Assembly (NCBI GenBank): GCA_044225825.1
Contig: JBGAIB010000005.1
Coordinates: 213,750 to 277,749, forward strand
Direction of reading: 5' to 3'
DNA from: Chitinophagales bacterium
GTDB taxonomy: Bacteria > Bacteroidota > Bacteroidia > Chitinophagales > LD1
DNA: 64,000 nt
Shown here: one piece after another, positions 39,614-47,717 of the stretch
How the letters are laid out: every line of letters starts with the position of its first letter
Numbering within the stretch: the first letter of the stretch is position 1
The notes under the pieces: generated by a model
Databases searched by the model: none
Told to the model about the DNA's origin: nothing
What the model saw: the letters and a program-made list of their open reading frames with translations, nothing else
Made by a program: the position numbers and the translations under genes

Positions 39614-41525
39614 AGCCGGCGCTGCGGTCCTTACCTGTTCCAACATCGGGAAAACCTACCGGCTTGCCGCTGGTAACCGAACCGTATTGTCCGATGTTAG
39701 CTTCGACCTTAAGAAGGGCGAAGTGCTGGGTATTATCGGGGCTAACGGTGCCGGTAAAAGCACTTTATTAAAAATACTTTCCGGCATTGTAAAACCAAGC
39801 GAAGGCCGTGTTGAACTATACGGCAGCAGCGCTTCGGTACTTGACCTGGGCCAGAACTTCCACCCTGACTTAACAGGCACAGAGAACGTGCTGATGAACC
39901 TGAAAGTTAACGGTGTTACCTCCGAGAACACAGCAGCCAAACTCGCCGAGATCACGGCCTTCAGCGAATTGCAGGAGTATATGAACGAACCGGTGAAGCA
40001 TTACTCCAGCGGTATGTTGCTGCGCCTTGGCTTTGCCCTTTATACCCACCTGGATGCCGACATCATTCTGCTGGATGAAATCATCTCGGTTGGCGATTTT
40101 AACTTCCGCAAAAAGTGCAGTGATAAAATTCAAGAGTTGGTTAAGAAAGGCGTATCGTTCCTTATCACTTCGCACGATCTGGACGCCATTCATTACTTAA
40201 CCGAACGCTGCATACTTTTGCAACACGGCGCAGCACATGTGGGCTACACATCGCAGGTAATTGAAAGCTATTTATCCAATCAAACACCTGTTGCACCTGT
40301 AACACCAACGGCAGATGGCCCCTCTGTTCTACTGACCAATGCCTTTACTGAACCGGCACTTAACGGATTAAATTCAGAAAGCGCCATTCAATTACATTTC
40401 CATTTCCAGGTATTGCAGCCCACCGAACTTGCGCTAAGCATCAACATGTTCTTCGATCAGTCGTTGCGGTTACTTAGCAGCAGCCCTGTATTTTATAAGC
40501 CCGACGCAGCACATTTATATGCGCCTGGTAACTACAAAGCCATGGTGCAATTACCGGCCCAAACATTCGCCCCCGGACTGTACGATATTGATGTGGTGTT
40601 CCACAACGGCCGAGGACGCATTTATGGCACTCATAAAAAGGCCATCAGCTTTAGCCTGGCATCCAATCCGCACTGGAACAATCTGCTGAACCAAAGTAAT
40701 ACCCCCTGGGCATTGCTGCCAAACCTGCCCTGGCAAATTGAAAGCCATACGCAGGAGGAGCCGGTGATTATTAAAGATGCCCGACTGCAGCAACAACTTA
40801 CCGAAGAGGGGTACACCTTTTTTCCGCCGGTTCCCGAAGCAACTATTGATGCCCTTGCAGCTTATATCAGTTCGCAAATGCACCACTTTACTCCCGAAAC
40901 CATATCCTGTGTTTCGGTTACACACCCCGATGCCTTGTTCCGGCAACAGTGCCAGGAGGTGATATACCGCGAGCTTGATGAATACCTGCAGCAGCATTTC
41001 AAAGACTACCAATGCGTGCTGGGCACTTTTTTTGTAAAACGCCCCAGCAACATCAGCAGCGTTGGCTACCACCAGGATCCTACCTTCTGCGATCCGGAGC
41101 TATACCCGGATTTAACCTTGTGGATACCGCTGGAAGACATTGGTGCCGGTGATGGCGAACTGGTTGTAGTAGAAGGCACACACCGCAGCTACAATAAACT
41201 TAACCTGCTTACCTACACCCCCGATTATATCCATCAATACAAGGACGGGGACGGTAAGGTACTTTACCAGCAGAAAGGCTACCCGGTATTGTTTTATAAC
41301 CACCTGCTGCATGCTTCGCGGCCCGTTGTAAACAAACAGGTACGGTTAGCAATTTCTTTAAAGCTGGCACATAAAGATGCCTTGCTGTATTCCTATTATA
41401 AGAGCACCGTACCCGGTATGGCTGAGCGATACAAGCAATCACCTAACTTTTTCCTTTCGCAGGACTGGCAGCCATTCGACCGGCCACAGCAATCGAAATT
41501 TGATAAAGAAATCCCTATCCGGTAA
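39603..41525 (+). CDS. Wzt/TagH-type ABC ATPase fused to a beta-rich middle (Wzt_C-like?) domain and a C-terminal PhyH dioxygenase domain
   Basis: Walker A GANGAGKSTLLK, signature YSSGMLLRLGFA (Wzt/TagH/KpsT variant), Walker B IILLDE. Residues ~390-640 carry the N-box DARLQQQLTEEGYTFFPPV, HxD VGYHQDPTFCD, WIPLEDI, distal LLHASRPVVNKQVRLA. Confidence 0.85.
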   Translation: MLTKAGAAVLTCSNIGKTYRLAAGNRTVLSDVSFDLKKGEVLGIIGANGAGKSTLLKILSGIVKPSEGRVELYGSSASVLDLGQNFHPDLTGTENVLMNLKVNGVTSENTAAKLAEITAFSELQEYMNEPVKHYSSGMLLRLGFALYTHLDADIILLDEIISVGDFNFRKKCSDKIQELVKKGVSFLITSHDLDAIHYLTERCILLQHGAAHVGYTSQVIESYLSNQTPVAPVTPTADGPSVLLTNAFTEPALNGLNSESAIQLHFHFQVLQPTELALSINMFFDQSLRLLSSSPVFYKPDAAHLYAPGNYKAMVQLPAQTFAPGLYDIDVVFHNGRGRIYGTHKKAISFSLASNPHWNNLLNQSNTPWALLPNLPWQIESHTQEEPVIIKDARLQQQLTEEGYTFFPPVPEATIDALAAYISSQMHHFTPETISCVSVTHPDALFRQQCQEVIYRELDEYLQQHFKDYQCVLGTFFVKRPSNISSVGYHQDPTFCDPELYPDLTLWIPLEDIGAGDGELVVVEGTHRSYNKLNLLTYTPDYIHQYKDGDGKVLYQQKGYPVLFYNHLLHASRPVVNKQVRLAISLKLAHKDALLYSYYKSTVPGMAERYKQSPNFFLSQDWQPFDRPQQSKFDKEIPIR

Positions 41526-41526
41526 T

Positions 41527-42387
41527 ATGGCACCACTATTCCGCAATGCGCAGTTACAGCAACAATTCGAGCAGAAAGGCTATACCAAATTTCCGGCAAT
41601 AGATGCCGCTGTTGTTGATGAGTTGCTACAGCTATATAACAGCTACGAAAAAGAACACCGCGAAGGTATAAATACCAGTTTCCATAGTACCAGCCATACT
41701 GAAAACGAAGCCTTGATTCACCGGATAAGCTATGCCATTATTGACAAGCTTAAGCCTGAACTGGATAAACACCTGCAGCACTACAAGTTTGTAGCAGGCA
41801 ACTTTTTAATAAAAGATAAGAACGCTGACGAAGAAGTGCCACCCCACCAGGACTGGACTTATGTTGAAGAACCAGCCCATTGGTCGGCCAATATTTGGAT
41901 TGCCCTACGCGATGTACCGGTAGAAAATGGCGCCCTGTTTTTTATTGACGGCAGCCACCGCATGGCACCCTCGATGCGCTCCTCGCCCGGTAACGGCTGG
42001 ATGTATGCCGGCGCTACCGAAGCCATGCAACAGTTGCGCATCGTAGTACCGTTAAAAGCCGGCGAAGGATTGTTGTTCAACAACGCCACTATACACGGAT
42101 CGGTGGCCAACACCCTGCAACGCGAACGGGTAGCCGCCGTGGTTGGTTTGTATGATGCCGAAAGCCCGCTTTATCATTATTACCAGGAAAAAGGCAGTAA
42201 CGAAATTACGCGTTACACCATTTCGCAGGACGATTTCATAAAACTTAAGTTCGGCAAACGGCCCGAACATTACCAGCAGGTTGAACAGCCTTATACCTTT
42301 ATCTACAAGCCGGTAACTAACGAGGAGTTTAAAGCCCTTTACAAAAAAACCAACGGAAATTGGTGGAGCAGGCTTTTGCATAAGTGA
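41527..42387 (+). CDS. PhyH-family Fe(II)/2OG dioxygenase (paralogue 3)
   Basis: ATG 41527, 1 nt after the upstream stop (the track ORF 41377 extension overlaps the previous gene). MAPLFRNAQLQQQFEQKGYTKFPAI, PPHQDWTYVEE, WIALRDV, TIHGSVANTLQRERVA, tail NWWSRLLHK. Confidence 0.75.
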   Translation: MAPLFRNAQLQQQFEQKGYTKFPAIDAAVVDELLQLYNSYEKEHREGINTSFHSTSHTENEALIHRISYAIIDKLKPELDKHLQHYKFVAGNFLIKDKNADEEVPPHQDWTYVEEPAHWSANIWIALRDVPVENGALFFIDGSHRMAPSMRSSPGNGWMYAGATEAMQQLRIVVPLKAGEGLLFNNATIHGSVANTLQRERVAAVVGLYDAESPLYHYYQEKGSNEITRYTISQDDFIKLKFGKRPEHYQQVEQPYTFIYKPVTNEEFKALYKKTNGNWWSRLLHK

Positions 42388-42390
42388 AAC

Positions 42391-42558
42391 CAGAGAGCAG
42401 AAAGCAGAGATCAGAAATCAGACAAGGCAGTTAGCGCTGTCTGTAACTTTACACTTCTTTACACTTTTTGAAAGCAGAGAGCAGAAAACAGAGAACAGAA
42501 AGCAGACAAAGCAGTTAGCGCTCGCTGTAACTTTACACTCCTTTACAGTTTTTTTTTG
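42391..42558. repeat. 2 x 84-bp tandem direct repeat immediately after the PhyH stop codon
   Basis: Unit 1 is 42391-42474 and unit 2 is 42475-42558, both cagagagcagaaa(g/a)cagaga(t/a)cagaaa(t/g)cagacaa(g/a)gcagttagcgct(g/c)(t/g)ctgtaactttacac... Unit 1 contains cagaca...tgtctg inverted arms around the agcgct palindrome. Confidence 0.8.
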
Positions 42559-42646
42559 TTGCGCACAGATTAGAGAAAAATCCATGTGATGAATTTTCCT
42601 GTTAAATCAGCCTGAATCCTGTGGCTCCATCCAATCCGCTTCCGCC

Positions 42647-42687
42647 ATTTGTGCACATTTGTGCACTTGATTTTGCAGTGCACAAAT
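42647..42687. repeat. three copies of the 10-mer ATTTGTGCAC (two direct, one inverted), operator-like
   Basis: atttgtgcac (42647-56), atttgtgcac (42657-66), gtgcacaaat (42678-87). Each contains the GTGCAC palindrome. Confidence 0.7.
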
Positions 42688-43227
42688 CGGAAAAAATTTA
42701 AAGTGTTTGGAGAAGTGCATGGTGGGGACGTATACGGTTATTAGCCCGGTGCGGTTTCGGTAAAAGGTTTACATTGACGTGTAAACTTTTTGATGGAGGG
42801 GCAAACACAGCCGGGCAAATGCCTTTACCGCCGGCATGGTTCCGCCATTACATCCTTTACGCACTGCGGCGATTTCAAAGAACTGGTTCAGGCTATAAAT
42901 ATACGTATTTAGATTTTATTTTTCAATTTTTATTCTTTTTAATTGCAGCGTAGGTGAAGATTTAACATTTGGGGGCGGGGTGGCCGTTGTCTGAACTAAG
43001 ATTCGTAGGATTAGGGGATGGTAGGATGAATACAAAAAAGGGAGTTTTTGAGTATGTATAGGAGACGGCACTAAACTCCGAACCAGCATGGAGCTAAAAA
43101 AGCGTAAAAAACACCCCTAAAACACGCACTATTTTGGCATTTTATGACATATTTAGAGCCAATTTTGTTCTTTGAAATGCGCTGAAATTCAGCGCCGTAT
43201 CCACAGTTCCGTTACCATCCCTTTGGG

Positions 43228-44220
43228 ATGCTAATGCCGGGGCGCATATATACTTCAAATACATATCGTTATGGGTTTAATGGAAAGGAAAAGGATGATG
43301 ATGTAAAGGGCAGTAGCGCACAGTATGATTATGGTTTTCGTATCTATGACCCTAGATTAGGAAAATTTTTAAGTGAGGACCCCTTAACTGAATCTTATCC
43401 CTGGTATTCGCCATATCATTTCGCCGGAAACACACCGATAATGGCAATAGATGTTGATGGGTTAGAGCCGCAGGTTGTTATTGACAAAGCCAATGAATAC
43501 ATTGGCACACTATATGAATGGGGTGGAAAAAGTCCTACAGCAAATTGGAAAGGAATTGGAATAAAGTTAAGAACAATAAGTGACGGCGATGTTAATTCTT
43601 TTTTATCAAAAATATCATTGAAGTTTAAAGATTCAAACCCTTCCGACAAACCCAAAATATATGATGAAATAAATGAAGGGATTTTCTTGGATGGATATAA
43701 AGTAAAATATGGAAATGGAACCTTTGGAATAGATTGCTCTGGTTTAGCTACGGCCAGCTTTAATGCTGATCAAGAAAAAATAATGAATAACTTTAATCCT
43801 GGAATTGCCTCAGCGCAAATGCAATACAATATATTTAGTCAGGCAACTTTAGAAGGGAAAGGCATTTTGCACCGTGACTTTAACAGTATCGGGAAAGGAG
43901 ATTTAGTTTTTCATAAAAACGGAAAAAAGGTGCATCATGTAATGGTGGCAACAGGCAATGTTTCATTGGATAAAAACGGGAATGTCAATAAATTTGAAGT
44001 AATACATGCCCCGGAAAGCGGAAAACAGGTAAGAACTGAATGGATGACGCCTAAGAAAGGACACTCCATTGGCCATACTTATCGGAATGGTGACATTTTG
44101 ACCCCCATAAATTTAGACGATCTACAGAGTTTTGAAGATTTAAAAGCTATCGAACAGAAGATGGAGCAAAATATAGAAAAATTCAAAAATGAAAATCAAC
44201 ACGTGGTTACACCTGAATAG
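43228..44220 (+). CDS. orphan Rhs-core-tip fragment fused to an NlpC/P60-like peptidoglycan hydrolase toxin domain (cassette A)
   Basis: MLMPGRIYTSNTYRYGFNGKEKDDD...YDYGFRIYDPRLGKFLSEDPL...IMAIDVDGLEP is the last ~80 aa of an RHS-associated core including the DPxGL-type tip. Then YEWGGKSP, GIDCSGL, GDLVFH and HHVMVATG are NlpC/P60 hallmarks (catalytic Cys/His). Confidence 0.8.
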   Translation: MLMPGRIYTSNTYRYGFNGKEKDDDVKGSSAQYDYGFRIYDPRLGKFLSEDPLTESYPWYSPYHFAGNTPIMAIDVDGLEPQVVIDKANEYIGTLYEWGGKSPTANWKGIGIKLRTISDGDVNSFLSKISLKFKDSNPSDKPKIYDEINEGIFLDGYKVKYGNGTFGIDCSGLATASFNADQEKIMNNFNPGIASAQMQYNIFSQATLEGKGILHRDFNSIGKGDLVFHKNGKKVHHVMVATGNVSLDKNGNVNKFEVIHAPESGKQVRTEWMTPKKGHSIGHTYRNGDILTPINLDDLQSFEDLKAIEQKMEQNIEKFKNENQHVVTPE

Positions 44221-44755
44221 TAGCTGGTCAATTCTAATAGTAATTGGTTTGTTATGGAGCTGTGATTCAATTTCGGTAAGTAACGTTAAAACGACAAAAC
44301 AGCATTCTATCTACCAAGATTCTTTGCAAAAGAATGGCTTTTTCGAATTTCAAAGTTACTTTGTACATCTTGATAGTAGTTCTACTGAAGATAAACAGAG
44401 AATTCCGTTTGAGGTAGCAATTCGTTTTTTGGGGAATGAGCTTGATAGTGTAAATGGCGTATATGAAATACTACCTGTTGCTTATTTTAAAAACAATAAT
44501 GGTCATTTCTTCATTGTACAACTTGATTGTGGAGCAGGTGGAGATTGTGCTTTTTTCTATTTGTTAAGTTTTAATAGTAATTTGGGGTTTAATAATAAAA
44601 AGCTAATAGGGAGAGAAGTCGGAGAGCTATCTACCTCAACATTCTTTGAGTATTATAGAGGGGCAGACTCATTATTAGTTGTAAACGAGATTCTATATGA
44701 CAATAATAATGATACATATATAGATACCATCATGACTAAAATTTTGCTAAAGTGA
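44189..44755 (+). CDS. cognate immunity candidate, lipoprotein (cassette A)
   Basis: Overlaps the toxin 3' end by 32 nt. Signal/lipobox SILIVIGLLWSCDS. A periplasm-facing immunity protein is as expected for a cell-wall-targeting toxin. Confidence 0.6.
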   Translation: MKINTWLHLNSSWSILIVIGLLWSCDSISVSNVKTTKQHSIYQDSLQKNGFFEFQSYFVHLDSSSTEDKQRIPFEVAIRFLGNELDSVNGVYEILPVAYFKNNNGHFFIVQLDCGAGGDCAFFYLLSFNSNLGFNNKKLIGREVGELSTSTFFEYYRGADSLLVVNEILYDNNNDTYIDTIMTKILLK

Positions 44756-44920
44756 TACCTGTAGAGCGGTTACTGGTTGAATCGTCTGATAGGTCACGAA
44801 CCTGGAGGACAAGTAATGCCCCTCTGTTAGTTTCAGATCTTCAAAATTGACCTTTTAATTTATCAGGAGCAAGTATAAGAAGGATGAGTGGGAGCATAAC
44901 CAACCATATCTAGTAAGTTT

Positions 44921-45358
44921 TCAGTTAAGATTAATTGAATCGACAATTGATTGTAACTCCTCCACCTTCCAATATATACGAGGGTGTTGGTCAATAATCA
45001 CTCTATCACCAATCATGATTTTCAAAAATGATCTGTCATACTTCGTAAAAGGTTCGCGCCTCATGAATACAGAAATCTCATCTATGTTTGTCTTGCATAT
45101 GATTTCGTTAGAGTATAAATATCCAATGATATAAATATAGCCATTGGAAATTTTAAAACTCTTTAAGCAATATTTCTGATAATATGCACTGCTAATTAAA
45201 GAAAGAAATAAAACTAATACGGGTATGGCAAATATAATTGGTGAAACTGGTCCTTTAAATAAGTAGACAAAAAAGATTATAATAAATATAACTATAAAAT
45301 AATACGATATACTAAAAAAGTCTTTTATTACTCGAGTATAATATTTGGGGGTACTGTT
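44921..45358 (-). other. 145-codon open frame downstream of toxin B (immunity position) with two TM helices but no ATG/GTG/TTG start
   Basis: Own translation: NSTPKYYTRVIKDFFSISYYFIVIFIIIFFVYLFKGPVSPIIFAIPVLVLFLSLISS...IYWKVEELQSIVDSINLN*. The first canonical start is an ATG ~100 codons in. Not in the ORF track. Confidence 0.3.
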
Positions 45359-46264
45359 TTATAGAGATCAATGTCCTTATCTGGGTTTGTTTTCATTATC
45401 TTTCTTTTTTAAATTATCATTTTGTTCTACTAACGTGATTACCAGATTTACGGATGAAAGTCCTTTATCCATTCCGTCCAAGAAATTTTTAGGCAATTCC
45501 GTAGGATTAAGGGTCATTACACCATCAACAACGTTTACAACAGCAGTAACAGTTTTATTTTCCTTTCCCTTTGTAATCGACAATGTAACTTTGTAAGCAC
45601 CATCCAACAAGTTGGTGGGTACATTATCTGACTTTTCATAATCACCTTTCAAATCAAAAATAAGCTTGCTTGATCCTCCTAGAACAGCTACTGTGCTTGA
45701 GGTAAATGTAAAGGCCGCAAGAAATCCAGAAGCACCACCAGTAGCCAGAATAGAGACTACAGCACCTGATATGAGTATCACATCTTTAGTTACTTTGGTT
45801 TCTTTAGGAGAATTATATCCGCTATTACCTGGATCATAACTACCTTCCAAACTTTCTGAATGTTCCGCCAACCTAGCTAGTGTATAAAATCTACTATAGT
45901 CATTATAGTAAGGATTTCCGCTCCAATCTGTTGCTTTATATCTTCCAATGTTAGTCCAATTGCGCCGTTCAGTTTCATTTAATTTTATAGGCCACCCGTG
46001 GGGATGCTCTTCAATTTTACCTGTTATATTATTTTGATAAAAATCATCTCCATTGGGATCAACATTTAGGATAGGATTAAGACCCAATATCGCATAATTG
46101 CTGCGATACTGCTTATATCTAGGATCAGAGTTCCATCTCCGCGCCAACCTTGTGTCGTACTCCCAAAATTTAGCGTTTAGAGTGTTCCCGCATCCACTTA
46201 GCTCGTCATCTTTTACCTGTCCATTTGTAGGCTTCCCTGTTATTAGGCCAGCTATTAGTTGATT

Positions 46265-47105
46265 TTACGAATATACAATATCAGGTAAAAGATCAGCAGG
46301 GGTTAGGTAGTTCAAAGCTTTATGTGGGCGGTGATTGTTGTAATCTATCATCCATTCTTCTGCCTTCTCCCTTACATCCAGTGATTTAAATACATAAGCA
46401 TTCAGGAGTTCACGGCGTATTGCCGTTACATCTTTCTATATATCCATTTTGCATAGGCTTACCGGGTTGAATAAAGGTTAGTTGTATCTGGTGTTCCTGC
46501 CTACATGTCCAGTTGGAGAGATAAACTCAGGGCCATTATCTACTCTTATCATAACGGGTAAGCCTCTGAATTCTTTTAAGTATTCCAAGGTTCGTATGAG
46601 CCTCAGTGTGGGTAAAGACAGGTCTGCTTCTATAGCCAATACTTCGCGGTTATAATCATCAATAATATTCAGTAAGCGGAACCTTCTGCCATCCCACAAG
46701 GTATCGCTCATGTAATCAATACTCCATACCTGGTTAACGCCCTCTGGCCTGAATAGAGCCTGTTTTTTACACGGGCAGGCAGCCTCTTACGGTACCCGCC
46801 TGCGGATATTGAGTTTTAAGTCTGTATACACCCTATACACCTTTTTATGGTTCCAGATAAATCCCTGTCGCCTGATGCGGTAGAAGCATTGCCAAAAGCC
46901 AATGGCCGGGTGCTTTTTTCCACAAGCACCTGTAGTTGTTCTATAACCTTGCTATCGTCCTTAATTACCGGCCGGTAATTTTGACTGCTTCGCGGTATGT
47001 GCAGCGCTTTACAAGCCTGACGGATGCTTACGCCATGTTCTTCAATCATGTGTTTCGCAAGCTCGCGCTTCTCATCAGGCTCTATAGCTTTTTTTCTACT
47101 GCGTC
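46265..47105 (-). pseudogene. IS3-family transposase OrfB (rve integrase core), disrupted
   Basis: Pieces in three frames: ...HPAIGFWQCFYRIRRQGFIWNHKKVYRVY...RRRVP* ; [34 protein letters not shown]...RVDNGPEF ; QPGKPMQNGYIER ; EKAEEWMIDYNNHRPHKALNYLTPADL. At least two extra frameshifts and one in-frame stop beyond the programmed -1 site. Confidence 0.75.
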
Positions 47106-47348
47106 TTTCAAAGCATGGTGCACAAGGCTCAGCTCCGCATACATGCGCTTTAAACGGGAGTTTTTCGCTTCTAATTCCTTTACACGCTTTAATTCCGCTA
47201 CTTCCATGCCGCCGTAACGTTGCCGCCATTTGTAAAAGGCACCGGTGGTAATACCTAACTCCCGGCAAATGTCCTTGGCATCACGGCCTTTTTCATGTTC
47301 CTGGATGGCCTTGATAATCTGGGTTTCTGTGAAGTTTGACTTTTTCAT
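47082..47348 (-). CDS. IS3-family transposase OrfA (HTH)
   Basis: [73 protein letters not shown] is the typical IS3/IS911 OrfA with a leucine zipper. Start at ATG 47348. Confidence 0.8.
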   Translation of the reverse strand: MKKSNFTETQIIKAIQEHEKGRDAKDICRELGITTGAFYKWRQRYGGMEVAELKRVKELEAKNSRLKRMYAELSLVHHALKDAVEKKL

Positions 47349-47479
47349 AATTGAGCTTTTTAAAGTTGTGAAAAATTTGTCCTTTTTCAACTTTTAACTG
47401 GCTCAATTTTCAGGGGAGCTTACACATTAAACCCATAACGGTATGTAGCTGAGGAGTATATGCGCCCCGGCATTAGCAT

Positions 47480-47692
47480 CCCGAAGGGATAGTGGTATTT
47501 TTCAAAGAACTATGTATAAATATAACCGCTTTCTTTGGCTGGTAGTAATGTAATTTTCGATAAAGGTCAGTTACAATTGAAGGGGATTGCAAAGGCATTA
47601 CAAATTCCAAACCAGTCACATCCTCGTCCCCTAACCATTGGCCAGGCTACAGACAAGGACGAGTTGGGGGTTAACTATCGTGTGCTGTTAAG
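47480..47692 (-). repeat. conserved non-coding cassette leader, copy B
   Basis: Near-identical to 49005-49220 over ~165 nt (gggatagtggtatttttcaaagaactatgtataaatataac...ggtagtaatgta...gttacaattgaa...gattgcaa.ggcattacaaat.ccaaaccagt.acatcctcgtcc), then a ctcgtcc/ggacgag stem. A stop codon lies just upstream of the YHYPFG coding homology. Confidence 0.8.
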
Positions 47693-47717
47693 AGTTACTA
47701 AATACTGTGCTTAACAA

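Larger units (their letters stand above)
46226..47424 (-). mobile_element. IS3-family insertion sequence (1199 bp), transposase decayed
   Basis: Terminal inverted repeats tgtaggcttccctg... (46226) and ...caggggagcttaca (47424) match 12/14 and start TG...CA. 4-bp direct repeat CATT at 46222-25 and 47425-28. orfA is intact, A AAA AAG slippery site at ~47095, and orfB carries extra frameshifts and an in-frame stop. Confidence 0.85.
45377..47479 (-). pseudogene. orphan Rhs-core-tip/toxin cassette B, split by an IS3-family insertion
   Basis: 5' piece 47479-47425 encodes MLMPGRIYSSATYRYGFN. 3' piece 46225-45377 continues GQVKDDELSGCGNTLNAKFWEYDTRLARRWNSDP...NVDPNGDDF plus a toxin region with a Gly/Ala/Ser-rich hydrophobic stretch (ISGAVVSILATGGASGFLAAFTF). 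Removing the IS and one CATT copy restores the frame YRYGFNGQVKDDE. Confidence 0.8.

Noticed and set aside
38855-41072. Long antisense ORFs opposite the PhyH and ABC genes (38855-39394 -, 39870-40193 -, 40551-41072 -). Similar cases are 56716-57273 +, 55527-55886 +, 9609-10124 + and 7433-7819 -.
   Set aside because: They are shadow ORFs opposite genes with strong motif support. Their translations lack recognisable motifs and their starts are not in intergenic context.
41377-41526. 50-codon N-terminal extension of the last plus-strand PhyH gene.
   Set aside because: It overlaps the 3' end of the wzt-PhyH gene in another frame. The paralogue family N-box (FRNAQLQQQFEQKGY) begins right after the ATG at 41527, matching the other eight domains.
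42391-42558. Possible CRISPR array (direct repeats in an intergenic region).
   Set aside because: There are only two abutting 84-bp units with no spacers, the repeat is far longer than CRISPR repeats, and no cas genes are in the window.
43179-43195. Perfect palindrome gcgctgaa-a-ttcagcgc just upstream of cassette A, as a regulatory hairpin common to the cassettes.
   Set aside because: It is present only in the plus-strand copy. The other four leaders have unrelated sequence at the equivalent position, so it is not part of the conserved element. It could be a local terminator or operator but the evidence is a single occurrence.
46478-47268. ORFs 46478-46711 and 46816-47268 as independent genes.
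   Set aside because: They are fragments of the IS3-family OrfB (integrase core) read in different frames, annotated together as a disrupted transposase. The plus-strand ORFs 46936-47251 are shadows.
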